Positions 9,565 through 18,226 of a stretch of DNA of 25,644 nucleotides are shown here, piece by piece. The DNA lies in IMG/VR virus record IMGVR_UViG_3300025892_003904, positions 1 to 25,644 of that record; one strand, given 5' to 3'. This DNA comes from a virus (lineage: Duplodnaviria; Caudoviricetes). A model generated the notes under the pieces. It saw nothing but the letters and a program-made list of their open reading frames with translations. It was not told the origin of the DNA and did no database searches. The position numbers and the translations under genes were made by a program. Position 1 is the first letter of the stretch; every line of letters begins with the position of its first letter.

Positions 9565-9977
9565 TTAAATATTATTCCAAAGTAAACCCTAAAAAACTGC
9601 TACATATGGTAGTAAGAAAAGAAGATCTAAAACCTGGTAGAAAAGATATAGTTCCAGAAGAACATTTTATACAATGTTCTCATCTTAATATGGAAAAAGG
9701 TAAAACTTTTAAACCTCATAAACATATATTTAAAAACAGAAGAAGAAATGTTATTGCTCAGGAAAGTTGGATAGTAATTCAAGGTAAAGTTAAATGTATA
9801 TTTTATGATTTAGATGATACTATATTAGTAGAACCTATATTAGAACAAGGTGATGCCTCTTTTACATTAGAAGGAGGACATAATTATGAAATCCTTGAAA
9901 ATGATACTCTAGTTTATGAATATAAAACAGGGCCGTATGAAGGTCAGGCTTTAGATAAAACATTTATAGATGAATAA
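9561..9977 (+). CDS. Cupin-fold metalloprotein (WbuC-like; possible sugar isomerase/epimerase)
   Basis: PHKH...QESWIVIQG...GGHNYE...EYKTGPY cupin motifs. Confidence 0.75.
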   Translation: MIKYYSKVNPKKLLHMVVRKEDLKPGRKDIVPEEHFIQCSHLNMEKGKTFKPHKHIFKNRRRNVIAQESWIVIQGKVKCIFYDLDDTILVEPILEQGDASFTLEGGHNYEILENDTLVYEYKTGPYEGQALDKTFIDE

Positions 9978-10395
9978 TATATTGTTTAGACCTGTTGAAA
10001 AAAACGATATAGATGAAGTTTTTTTATTGCTTCAACAAATGACTAAAATTGATTATTCTAATAGAGATAAAGAAAAATGTTGGAATTTATTTTTATCTTG
10101 TTCATCTGAATCATTAGTTGGGATATATAAGGATAAAGTTATTGCTTATGGTAGTCTAGTATTAGAATATAAAATTAGAGGGGGGATTTCTGGACATATA
10201 GAAGACATTGTTGTAAGTGATAAAGTTAGATACAAAAAAATTGGTACTAAATTAATTGAAGAATTAGTTAATATAGGTAATAAAAAAGGATGCTACAGAA
10301 TAACTTTATTTTGTAAAAAATCATTAATTAATTTTTATTCTAAAAATGGGTTTAAAGTAAATAATATTGCAATGAAAAAATTTTTAAATAAATAA
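9970..10395 (+). CDS. GNAT N-acetyltransferase (glucosamine-6-phosphate N-acetyltransferase GNA1-like)
   Basis: GHIEDIVV, RYKKIGTKLI (acetyl-CoA motif A), GCYRITL.C, FYSKNGF. Confidence 0.85.
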   Translation: MNNILFRPVEKNDIDEVFLLLQQMTKIDYSNRDKEKCWNLFLSCSSESLVGIYKDKVIAYGSLVLEYKIRGGISGHIEDIVVSDKVRYKKIGTKLIEELVNIGNKKGCYRITLFCKKSLINFYSKNGFKVNNIAMKKFLNK

Positions 10396-10396
10396 A

Positions 10397-10996
10397 ATGA
10401 ATTTTAATACTGTAACTAAATTTGAAAATAAAATATGTAAATTTTTTAATGCTCCTTATGGTATAGCAGTAGATTGTTGTACTCATGGTATTGAATTATG
10501 TCTAAGACAACAAGATGTAAAATCAATTACAGTTCCTAAAAGAACATACCTTTCAGTTCCAATGTTAGCTAATAAATTAAATATTGAATTAAAGTGGAAA
10601 GACGATAAATGGGATGAGTTTTATTGGATTGAAGATACTAACATTATAGATGCAGCAGTATTATGGAGAGAAAATTCCTATATACCAGGTACTTTTATGT
10701 GTATTAGCTTTCAATTCCAAAAACATTTGTCTCTTGGTAGGGGGGGTATTATATTAACGGATAATAAAAAAATAGCTGCTGAACTTAAAAAAATGAGTTA
10801 TGATGGTAGAATACCAAATATACCTTGGAGAGATCAAGATATAAACGCAATGGGTTATCACTATTATATGCCACCAGAAACAGCACAAAATGGTTTAAAT
10901 AAATTAGAAAAAGCAATTAACACACCACCTAAAAAATGGTCTATATATGATTGGCCTGACTTAACAAAAATGGATATATTTAAAAATAGTTTATGA
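10397..10996 (+). CDS. Miniature DegT/DnrJ/EryC1/StrS aminotransferase-like protein (199 aa)
   Basis: FE..IC.FFNAPYGIAVDCCTHGI.L, IIDAA, SFQFQKHLSLGRGG (Lys retained), YDGR, GYHYYM. Confidence 0.8.
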   Translation: MNFNTVTKFENKICKFFNAPYGIAVDCCTHGIELCLRQQDVKSITVPKRTYLSVPMLANKLNIELKWKDDKWDEFYWIEDTNIIDAAVLWRENSYIPGTFMCISFQFQKHLSLGRGGIILTDNKKIAAELKKMSYDGRIPNIPWRDQDINAMGYHYYMPPETAQNGLNKLEKAINTPPKKWSIYDWPDLTKMDIFKNSL

Positions 10997-11970
10997 AAAA
11001 AGCATTTATTACTGGAATTGGAGGGCAAGATGGTTCTTATCTAGCAGAATACCTATTAAAATTAGATTATGAAGTTTATGGTATAGTTAGAAGAAACTCT
11101 ACCCCAGAACATCAACAGTCACGATTAGATGGTATTAGAAATAACCCAAAATTGCATGTATCTTACGGTGATTTAAACGATACTCCTGGTATTGAACGCC
11201 TACTACGAACAATTAATCCTGGTGAGGTATATAACATAGCAGCTCAATCCCATGTTAGGATTAGTTATGAAATTCCTCAATATACAGCACGAACTAATTC
11301 TATTGGAGTTTTAAATATGTTAGAAGCAGTACGTAATAATTGTCCTAATGCTAAATTTTACCAAGCATCGTCATCTGAAATGTTTGGGAGTTCCGTAGAT
11401 GAAGATGGTTTTCAAAGAGAAACTACTAAAATGACACCCGTTTCACCTTATGGTTGTGCTAAAGTATTTGGTTATAATATAGTAAGAAATTATCGAAATG
11501 CATATAATTTACATGCTTCAAATGGTATATTGTTTAACCATGAATCACCTCGTAGGGGGTCAAATTTTGTTACTAATAAAGTAGTTAAAGCGGCTGTTAG
11601 AATTAAATTAGGACTTCAAAATGAATTAGAATTAGGAAATTTAGATGCTTATAGAGATTGGGGACATTCAAAAGACTATGTTCGTGCTATGCATTTAATT
11701 TTACAACAACCACATCCTGGAGATTGGGTTGTAGCAACAGGAGAAACTCGTTCAGTAAGAGATATGTGTGGTTATGTTTTTTCTCAATTAAATTTAGATT
11801 ATAAAAAATTTGTAGTTCAAAATCAAAAATTCTTACGTCCTGAAGAGTTAAAATATTTAAAAGGAGATTCAACTAAAATTAGAGAATTAGGGTGGAAACC
11901 TGAATATACTTTTGAAAGTATGATGGATGAAATGATTAATTATTGGATGGAAATATATAAAAATGACTAA
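10993..11970 (+). CDS. gmd: GDP-mannose 4,6-dehydratase
   Basis: ITGIGGQDGSYLAE, AAQSHV, QASSSEMFG, SPYGCAK, GILFNHESPRRG, LGNLDAYRDWGH. Confidence 0.96.
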   Translation: MKKAFITGIGGQDGSYLAEYLLKLDYEVYGIVRRNSTPEHQQSRLDGIRNNPKLHVSYGDLNDTPGIERLLRTINPGEVYNIAAQSHVRISYEIPQYTARTNSIGVLNMLEAVRNNCPNAKFYQASSSEMFGSSVDEDGFQRETTKMTPVSPYGCAKVFGYNIVRNYRNAYNLHASNGILFNHESPRRGSNFVTNKVVKAAVRIKLGLQNELELGNLDAYRDWGHSKDYVRAMHLILQQPHPGDWVVATGETRSVRDMCGYVFSQLNLDYKKFVVQNQKFLRPEELKYLKGDSTKIRELGWKPEYTFESMMDEMINYWMEIYKND

Positions 11971-12868
11971 TTATATAACTTTAAATAATATGGGGTCATC
12001 TGGGGGATTATGCTCTCAACTCCAAATCTTTTCAGGACTTTTATCAGTAGCAAGAGCTAATAATTTAAAAATAGTTTTTTCAAAAGAAAATATTGAGGGA
12101 ATTTTAACTAAATATCCTCCAACCCAAGAACCTATTCAAACTAAAATTAGAATTTTTGATTTATTAGATTTAGAAAAGGAATATGAAATAAAACCTTTAG
12201 AATTTTTTAATAATTTTGAAGATAAATCTATTAATTTTCATACTACTAGATATGATAAAACTTTATTTAATTTAAAATCTGGGGTTAATTACAATTTAAT
12301 AGGTAGATTTGATTTATATTCTTATTGGTATGATTCTATAGGACAAGAAGTAGAAAAATGGGATTTTCTTCCCAACCTTCAAAATCAATCAACTAAAAGA
12401 ATGAAAGATATTAAAAAATATTTTAGAAATGATAAACCTACTGTTAGTATTCATATAAGAAGAGGGGATTATTTGTTATCTAACTTTTCTTTTTGTATAT
12501 TGGATCATGAATATTATACAAAAGCAATAGTAGATCAATTTATGCCCACAGAAGATTATAATTTTGTAGTTTTTTCTAATGATATAGAATTTGCTAAAAA
12601 CTTACTTGAAGGAGATAATATATATTTTGTCACCCCCGAAGGAGGAGATAAAGTATGTACTGATTCAGAAAAAGAAGATTTAGCCTTAATGAGTTTATGT
12701 GATCATCATATTACTTGTAACAGCTCTTATTCATGGTGGGGTGCTTATTTGAGTAAAAATAAAAATAAAAAAATAATATGTCCCACTAATTGGTTAAAAC
12801 AAGACCATCAATCTTCTTGGATTAATGGTAATTACTATCCACCAAGTTGGATAAATATAGATAATTAA
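11963..12868 (+). CDS. Glycosyltransferase family 11 (alpha-1,2-fucosyl/colitosyl-transferase-like)
   Basis: GGLCSQL, SIHIRRGDY, VFSND, DLALMSLCDHHITCNSSYSWWGAYL. Confidence 0.92.
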   Translation: MTNYITLNNMGSSGGLCSQLQIFSGLLSVARANNLKIVFSKENIEGILTKYPPTQEPIQTKIRIFDLLDLEKEYEIKPLEFFNNFEDKSINFHTTRYDKTLFNLKSGVNYNLIGRFDLYSYWYDSIGQEVEKWDFLPNLQNQSTKRMKDIKKYFRNDKPTVSIHIRRGDYLLSNFSFCILDHEYYTKAIVDQFMPTEDYNFVVFSNDIEFAKNLLEGDNIYFVTPEGGDKVCTDSEKEDLALMSLCDHHITCNSSYSWWGAYLSKNKNKKIICPTNWLKQDHQSSWINGNYYPPSWINIDN

Positions 12869-12869
12869 T

Positions 12870-13832
12870 ATGAAAAAAGTAGTTTATATAACGGGTTGTT
12901 TAGGATTTATTGGATATCATGTTACTCGTTCTTGTTTAAACAAAGGATGGCATGTACGAGGTATTGATAAATGTACTTATGCCGCCAATAAACATTTATT
13001 AGACGAATTTTATGGTTATGATAATTTTGTATTTGAAGATAAAGATATTAATGATATTGAGTTTTTATATGAATGTGATTATATTATTAATACTGCAGCA
13101 GAAACTCATGTTGGTAATTCAATTGTTAAAAGTAACGATTTTTTAACTTCAAATATAAATGGTGTACATAATATATTAGAATTAATAAAAAATTATAGAG
13201 CTGAAAGTTCCCAATTACCAACCTTACTACATTTCTCTACAGATGAAGTTTATGGAGATATAACAGAAGGAGAACATATTGAAACTGATATATTAAAACC
13301 ATCAAATCCTTATTCAGCAACTAAAGCAGCAGCTGATCAATTAATTATGGCTTGGGGGAGAACATATTCAATCCCTTATGTTATATTAAGACCTACAAAC
13401 AATTATGGTATTGGTCAATATGTAGAAAAATTAATTCCAAAATCTATAAAATATTTAGGTTTAAATAAACCTATCCCTTTACATAATGGTGGAAAACCAA
13501 TTAGGAATTGGTTACATGCTAACGATACAGCAGAAGCAGTATTAACCATTATTAATAGTAATGTTAAAAATGAAATATATAATATTTGTGGTGGTTTTGA
13601 ACAAAGTAATCTAGACACAGTTAAACAAATTATCAAATCATACCATAATATAGACCCAATATCAGAAGAAATAAATACATATTTAGATTTATCTTATTCA
13701 AGACAAGGTCAAGATGTAAGATATGCTTTAAACGATGATAAATTAAGAAAATTAGGATGGTACCCTAAAAAAGCATTTGCTGAGGAATTACCTAAAATTG
13801 TAAATTCTTTAAAAGAAAATTTTATATGGTAA
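12870..13832 (+). CDS. rfbB: dTDP/NDP-glucose 4,6-dehydratase (RmlB/RfbB-like)
   Basis: ITGCLGFIG, AAETHV, STDEVYG, PSNPYSATKAA, RPTNNYG, EKLIP, RNWLH, R.GQD.RY. Confidence 0.88.
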   Translation: MKKVVYITGCLGFIGYHVTRSCLNKGWHVRGIDKCTYAANKHLLDEFYGYDNFVFEDKDINDIEFLYECDYIINTAAETHVGNSIVKSNDFLTSNINGVHNILELIKNYRAESSQLPTLLHFSTDEVYGDITEGEHIETDILKPSNPYSATKAAADQLIMAWGRTYSIPYVILRPTNNYGIGQYVEKLIPKSIKYLGLNKPIPLHNGGKPIRNWLHANDTAEAVLTIINSNVKNEIYNICGGFEQSNLDTVKQIIKSYHNIDPISEEINTYLDLSYSRQGQDVRYALNDDKLRKLGWYPKKAFAEELPKIVNSLKENFIW

Positions 13833-15616
13833 AAGTAAGTGACATAATAGCTGATTTTTTAAAGGAAAAAGAAATTAAAACTGTTTTTGGTATTATAGGT
13901 TCTGCAAATTCCCATATATTTGATTCAATAAATAACTTAGGATACACTAAAATTATTAACACACATCATGAACAAGCAGCAATTATGGCAATGGGAGCTC
14001 ATTATAGAGCCTCAGGTAAATTATCAGCTTCTATAGTAACTGCGGGGGCGGGAGCCTCAAATGCTATAACTGGTGTGGTTAGTAATTGGGCGGATTCAAT
14101 TCCTGGGTTTGTAATTTCAGGTAATGAATCTTCATTTCATATTAAAGAACATAAATCTTTAAGAATGTATGGTACCCAAGGATTTAATGTATCAAAAATG
14201 GTTAAAGATATTACTAAATATTCTTGTTGTTTAATGGATGAAAATCATATTCAATTAGAGTTAGAAAAATGTTTTGATATTACTATGGAAGATAGAAAAG
14301 GTCCAACTTGGTTAGATATACCTTTTGATATTCAATCTAAATTAGTAAAAAAACAATTATGGAGTAAACCACATTCTTTAAATAATAACCAAATTGATTA
14401 TTCTAAGTTTTTAATTAATGCCCTAAACGAATCTAAGTGCCCCTTAATTTTAGGTGGAAATGGTGTTAGATTATCAAATTCTAAAGATAAATTTAATAAA
14501 TTTATTAATAAAACAAACATACCTACAACTTTAACTTGGTCAGGAATTGATTTAGTAGAAAGTAATAATCCAAACTTTTTTGGTAGATTTGGTTTATATG
14601 GACAAAGAGGAGCTAATTATATAGTTCAAAATTGTGATTTATTAATAGTATTAGGCAGTAGATTAGCTTTACCACAAACTGGATATGATTGGAATGAATT
14701 TGTACGTGGGGGTAAAATTATATGTGTTGATATTGATGAATTACAAGCACCTAAAAAATATATTGATTTACATATAAAAGAAAATGTTAGTATTATTTTA
14801 GATCAATTGTTAGATAAAATTAACGATATTAAACCAATAGAAAACGAATGGTTAAAATATTGTCAAGATAAAAAAATAAATTATCCTTTAATTAGTAAAG
14901 AGCATGAGCATAAAGATAATTATATTAACTCATATCAATTTATAGATAAACTATCTAATCATTTAAAAGATGATCATATTATAGTTACAGACATGGGTAC
15001 TGCTTTATTAAGTGGCCATCAAGCTATAAAATTAAAGCCTAACCAAAAAATGTTTACTTCATTAGGGTTAGGAGAAATGGGGTATGGTATAGCAGGAGCA
15101 GTAGGAGCAGCAACAGCTTGTCCCAATAAAGATGTATTATGTCTTAATTGTGATGGAGGTATTATGATGAACCTTCAAGAATTACATACTGTTATAGAAA
15201 ATGGGTTAAATGTTAAAGTTATTATATTTAATAATGATGGGTATTTAATGATTAAACACACTCAAAAAATGTTATTTAATAGTAAACATGTTAGTGTAGA
15301 TAAAAATACAGGTATTGGTTTACCTAATTTTAGTAAACTGTTTCCGGCTTTGGGTTATGAATATTATAAATTAGAAGAATGGAATGATGTTGATAATTCT
15401 CTTAATAGTTTTTTAAACCATAAGGGTCCTTCTATATTAGAGGTATTTATGGATCCCCATCAAGGCTTTTTACCTAAAGTAAAAGGTGTACCTAAAGCAG
15501 ATGGAAGTATCTTAGCACCCCCTATAGAAGAAATGTCACCTCTTGTTTCTATAAATATATTAGAAAAAGAAATGAGGGTAGAAATAAGTAAAAAATCAAA
15601 TCAAATACAAAGATGA
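13826..15616 (+). CDS. Thiamine-diphosphate-dependent enzyme (acetolactate-synthase superfamily; YerE-like carboligase)
   Basis: HHEQAA, GPTWLDIPFDIQ, CDLLIVLGSRL, GLGEMGYG, ThDP motif CDGG...IFNN; lies among sugar genes. Confidence 0.88.
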   Translation: MVKVSDIIADFLKEKEIKTVFGIIGSANSHIFDSINNLGYTKIINTHHEQAAIMAMGAHYRASGKLSASIVTAGAGASNAITGVVSNWADSIPGFVISGNESSFHIKEHKSLRMYGTQGFNVSKMVKDITKYSCCLMDENHIQLELEKCFDITMEDRKGPTWLDIPFDIQSKLVKKQLWSKPHSLNNNQIDYSKFLINALNESKCPLILGGNGVRLSNSKDKFNKFINKTNIPTTLTWSGIDLVESNNPNFFGRFGLYGQRGANYIVQNCDLLIVLGSRLALPQTGYDWNEFVRGGKIICVDIDELQAPKKYIDLHIKENVSIILDQLLDKINDIKPIENEWLKYCQDKKINYPLISKEHEHKDNYINSYQFIDKLSNHLKDDHIIVTDMGTALLSGHQAIKLKPNQKMFTSLGLGEMGYGIAGAVGAATACPNKDVLCLNCDGGIMMNLQELHTVIENGLNVKVIIFNNDGYLMIKHTQKMLFNSKHVSVDKNTGIGLPNFSKLFPALGYEYYKLEEWNDVDNSLNSFLNHKGPSILEVFMDPHQGFLPKVKGVPKADGSILAPPIEEMSPLVSINILEKEMRVEISKKSNQIQR

Positions 15617-16467
15617 TAAAAGCAGGAATAATTGGGACAGGCAATATAGGTACTGATTTATTATTAAAATTAATAAAAACAGACTTTATTACCCCTACAA
15701 TATTTGCAGGTAGGAGAATGGAGTCTAATGGTATTAAACTAGCTCAAGAATTAAACATAAATGTAACAGATAAAGGCATTCAATATTTTATTGATAACCC
15801 TAAATGTTGTGATGTAGTTTATGATTGCACCAGTGCTGAAGATGCAAAAAAACACTCTAAAATATTTGCTAAACAAGAAATTAAAGTAATAGATTTAACA
15901 CCAGCTAAAGTAGGAGATTTATGTGTCCCTAATATTAATCCCAAAATAATACAAAATAATGGGAATGTTAATATGATTACTTGTGGAGGACAGGCATCAA
16001 CCCCATTATTAAATATAATATCTAAACATTGTTCTAATCTAGATTATATTGAAGTAGTATCCCAAATTGCTTCTGATAGTGCTGGGATGGCAACGAGAAT
16101 TAATATTGATAATTATATTAATACCACAGAAAAAGCAATTAAAGAATTTACAAATTGTAAAGAATGTAAAGTAATATTAAATCTTAACCCAGCTGAACCA
16201 CAAGTTGATATGCAAACCACTATGTTTGTAAAAGCAAATAATATTAATTTTTCTCCTTTGGTTAAAGACATTTATGAAACTATAAAAAAATTACAAACAT
16301 ATATTCCATATTACGAATTAGTAATGCCTCCTGTAATTAATGATGATATTTTAGTTTTAAGTATTAAAGTAAAAGGATCAGGTGATTATTTACCTGAGTA
16401 TGCTGGTAACTTAGATATAATAAACTGTGCTGCAATTGAAATAACAAAACATTTAAAAAATGAATAA
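15613..16467 (+). CDS. dmpF: Acetaldehyde dehydrogenase (acylating), DmpF/MhpF family
   Basis: GIIGTGNIGTDLL, IDLTPA, NVNMITCGGQA (catalytic Cys), GDYLPEYAGNLDII. Confidence 0.93.
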   Translation: MIKAGIIGTGNIGTDLLLKLIKTDFITPTIFAGRRMESNGIKLAQELNINVTDKGIQYFIDNPKCCDVVYDCTSAEDAKKHSKIFAKQEIKVIDLTPAKVGDLCVPNINPKIIQNNGNVNMITCGGQASTPLLNIISKHCSNLDYIEVVSQIASDSAGMATRINIDNYINTTEKAIKEFTNCKECKVILNLNPAEPQVDMQTTMFVKANNINFSPLVKDIYETIKKLQTYIPYYELVMPPVINDDILVLSIKVKGSGDYLPEYAGNLDIINCAAIEITKHLKNE

Positions 16468-17458
16468 TATTATTATAACAGATTCTTCTCTTAGAGATGG
16501 AAATCACAGTGTAAAACATACTATAAGTTTAAATAGTATTAAAAAATATTGTAAATTTGCAAATAAAACAAATATACCTGTTGTTGAAGTAGGTCATGGA
16601 AATGGTTTAGGTGCTTCTTCATTGTTAATAGGTAAAGCTACCCATACAGATAAAGAAATAATAGAAACAGCTAAAAAATATTTAACTAACAGCAAATTAG
16701 GTGTTCATGTAATACCAGGGATTGCAACAATAAATAAGGATATCCAACCAGCAATTGATATGGGTGTTGATGTAGTAAGAATAGCTACTCATTGTACTGA
16801 AGCAACTCTTAGCAAATCACATTTAGAATATTTACAAAATAAAGATGTTACTGCTTTAGGGGTATTAATGATGACGGCATTAACTGATACTAAAACATTA
16901 GTTAAAAATGCTAAAATTATGGAACAATATGGTGCTGAAGCTGTTATTATAATGGACTCAACAGGTACATATTTACCTTTAGATGTAGAAGAAAGAATTA
17001 AGGCATTAACCGAAAACCTTAATATTGATGTTGGTTTCCATGCTCATAATAATTTAGGGTGTGCCGTATCAAATTCATTAGTAGCTGCTCAAAACGGAGC
17101 TAAGTATATAGATGCTTGTATTAGAGGATTTGGGGCTGGTGCTGGAAACGCTCCCTTAGAAGTACTTATACCTGTATTAGAAAAATCTAATTTTAATGTG
17201 GGAATAGATTTTAAACAAGTTATAATTGAAGCTGATAAAGTAACAGATTATTTAGTACCTAAAATCCCTACTACTAATCCTGTAAATGTATTAACAGGAC
17301 TAAATAAATTATTTTCTGGTTTTGAAAGACCAATTATTAAAGCTTCTAAGTTAAATAATATTGAATATTCTTCTCTTATATTTGAATTAGGTAATAGAAA
17401 ATTAGTAGCAGGACAAGAAGATTTGATATTAGAAGTAGCACAACAACTTAAAAACTAA
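16460..17458 (+). CDS. dmpG: 4-hydroxy-2-oxovalerate aldolase, DmpG/MhpE family
   Basis: DSSLRDGNH, EVGHGNGLGASS, ATHCTEA, GFHAHNNLG, GAGAGN, VAGQED. Confidence 0.93.
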   Translation: MNNIIITDSSLRDGNHSVKHTISLNSIKKYCKFANKTNIPVVEVGHGNGLGASSLLIGKATHTDKEIIETAKKYLTNSKLGVHVIPGIATINKDIQPAIDMGVDVVRIATHCTEATLSKSHLEYLQNKDVTALGVLMMTALTDTKTLVKNAKIMEQYGAEAVIIMDSTGTYLPLDVEERIKALTENLNIDVGFHAHNNLGCAVSNSLVAAQNGAKYIDACIRGFGAGAGNAPLEVLIPVLEKSNFNVGIDFKQVIIEADKVTDYLVPKIPTTNPVNVLTGLNKLFSGFERPIIKASKLNNIEYSSLIFELGNRKLVAGQEDLILEVAQQLKN

Positions 17459-18226
17459 ATGAAAATATTAATTACAGGGAAAAAGGGTTATATAGGTAAA
17501 AATTTAGTTAATAAACTAAAAGGTTTATATGATGTTACTAGTATTGGGAGAGAAGATTTTGATTTAAGTAATAGAGAACTTACAAATAAATTTTTTAAAA
17601 ATAAATATTTTGATGTAGTAATTCATACTGCTATTAGTGGGGGACATAGACTAGAAAAAGAAGATAGTAAAGTATTTTATAATAACATTTCTATGTTTTA
17701 CAATTTATTATCTAATCAAGATAATTATTCACAATTTATTAATTTAAGTTCAGGAGCTGAATTAGGAAAACCAACTAAACCTTATGGGTTAAGTAAAAAT
17801 ATTATTCACAGAATTATACAAAATGAATCTAAATTTAATAACATTTTATCATTTGGTATATTTAGTGAAAATGAAAGAGATACTAGGTTTATAAAATCTA
17901 ATATTAAAAAATACAAAAATAAAGAACCACTAATCATACATCAAAATAAGTTAATGGATTTTTTTTATATAGATGATTTTATTTCTTTAATACATTATAT
18001 AATTCAAAATCCTAAAATTAAAAATATAAATGCTGCTTATTATAATACTTATAGTTTATATGAAATAGCAGAAATTATAAATAACTTGGATTCTCACAAA
18101 TGTGATATTATATTAGAGAATAAAAGTGAGGGTAAACCTTATATTAGCCCGTATCAAGAAAAAATAAACATTCCTTTAATAGGATTAAAAAAAGGAATTA
18201 AAAAAACATACTATGCAACCAATTAG
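17459..18226 (+). CDS. NAD(P)-dependent epimerase/reductase (extended SDR)
   Basis: ILITGKKGYIG, VIHTA, SSGAE, PYGLSK (YxxxK), DFFYIDD. Confidence 0.85.
   Translation: MKILITGKKGYIGKNLVNKLKGLYDVTSIGREDFDLSNRELTNKFFKNKYFDVVIHTAISGGHRLEKEDSKVFYNNISMFYNLLSNQDNYSQFINLSSGAELGKPTKPYGLSKNIIHRIIQNESKFNNILSFGIFSENERDTRFIKSNIKKYKNKEPLIIHQNKLMDFFYIDDFISLIHYIIQNPKIKNINAAYYNTYSLYEIAEIINNLDSHKCDIILENKSEGKPYISPYQEKINIPLIGLKKGIKKTYYATN

Noticed and set aside
13826-15616. ilvB/ilvG for branched-chain amino acid synthesis
   Set aside because: No regulatory subunit or ilvC/ilvD nearby; the context fits a sugar carboligase better.
15613-17458. Aromatic meta-cleavage catabolic operon (dmp/mhp/bph)
   Set aside because: No dioxygenase, hydrolase or hydratase genes in the window; the pair is embedded among NDP-sugar enzymes.
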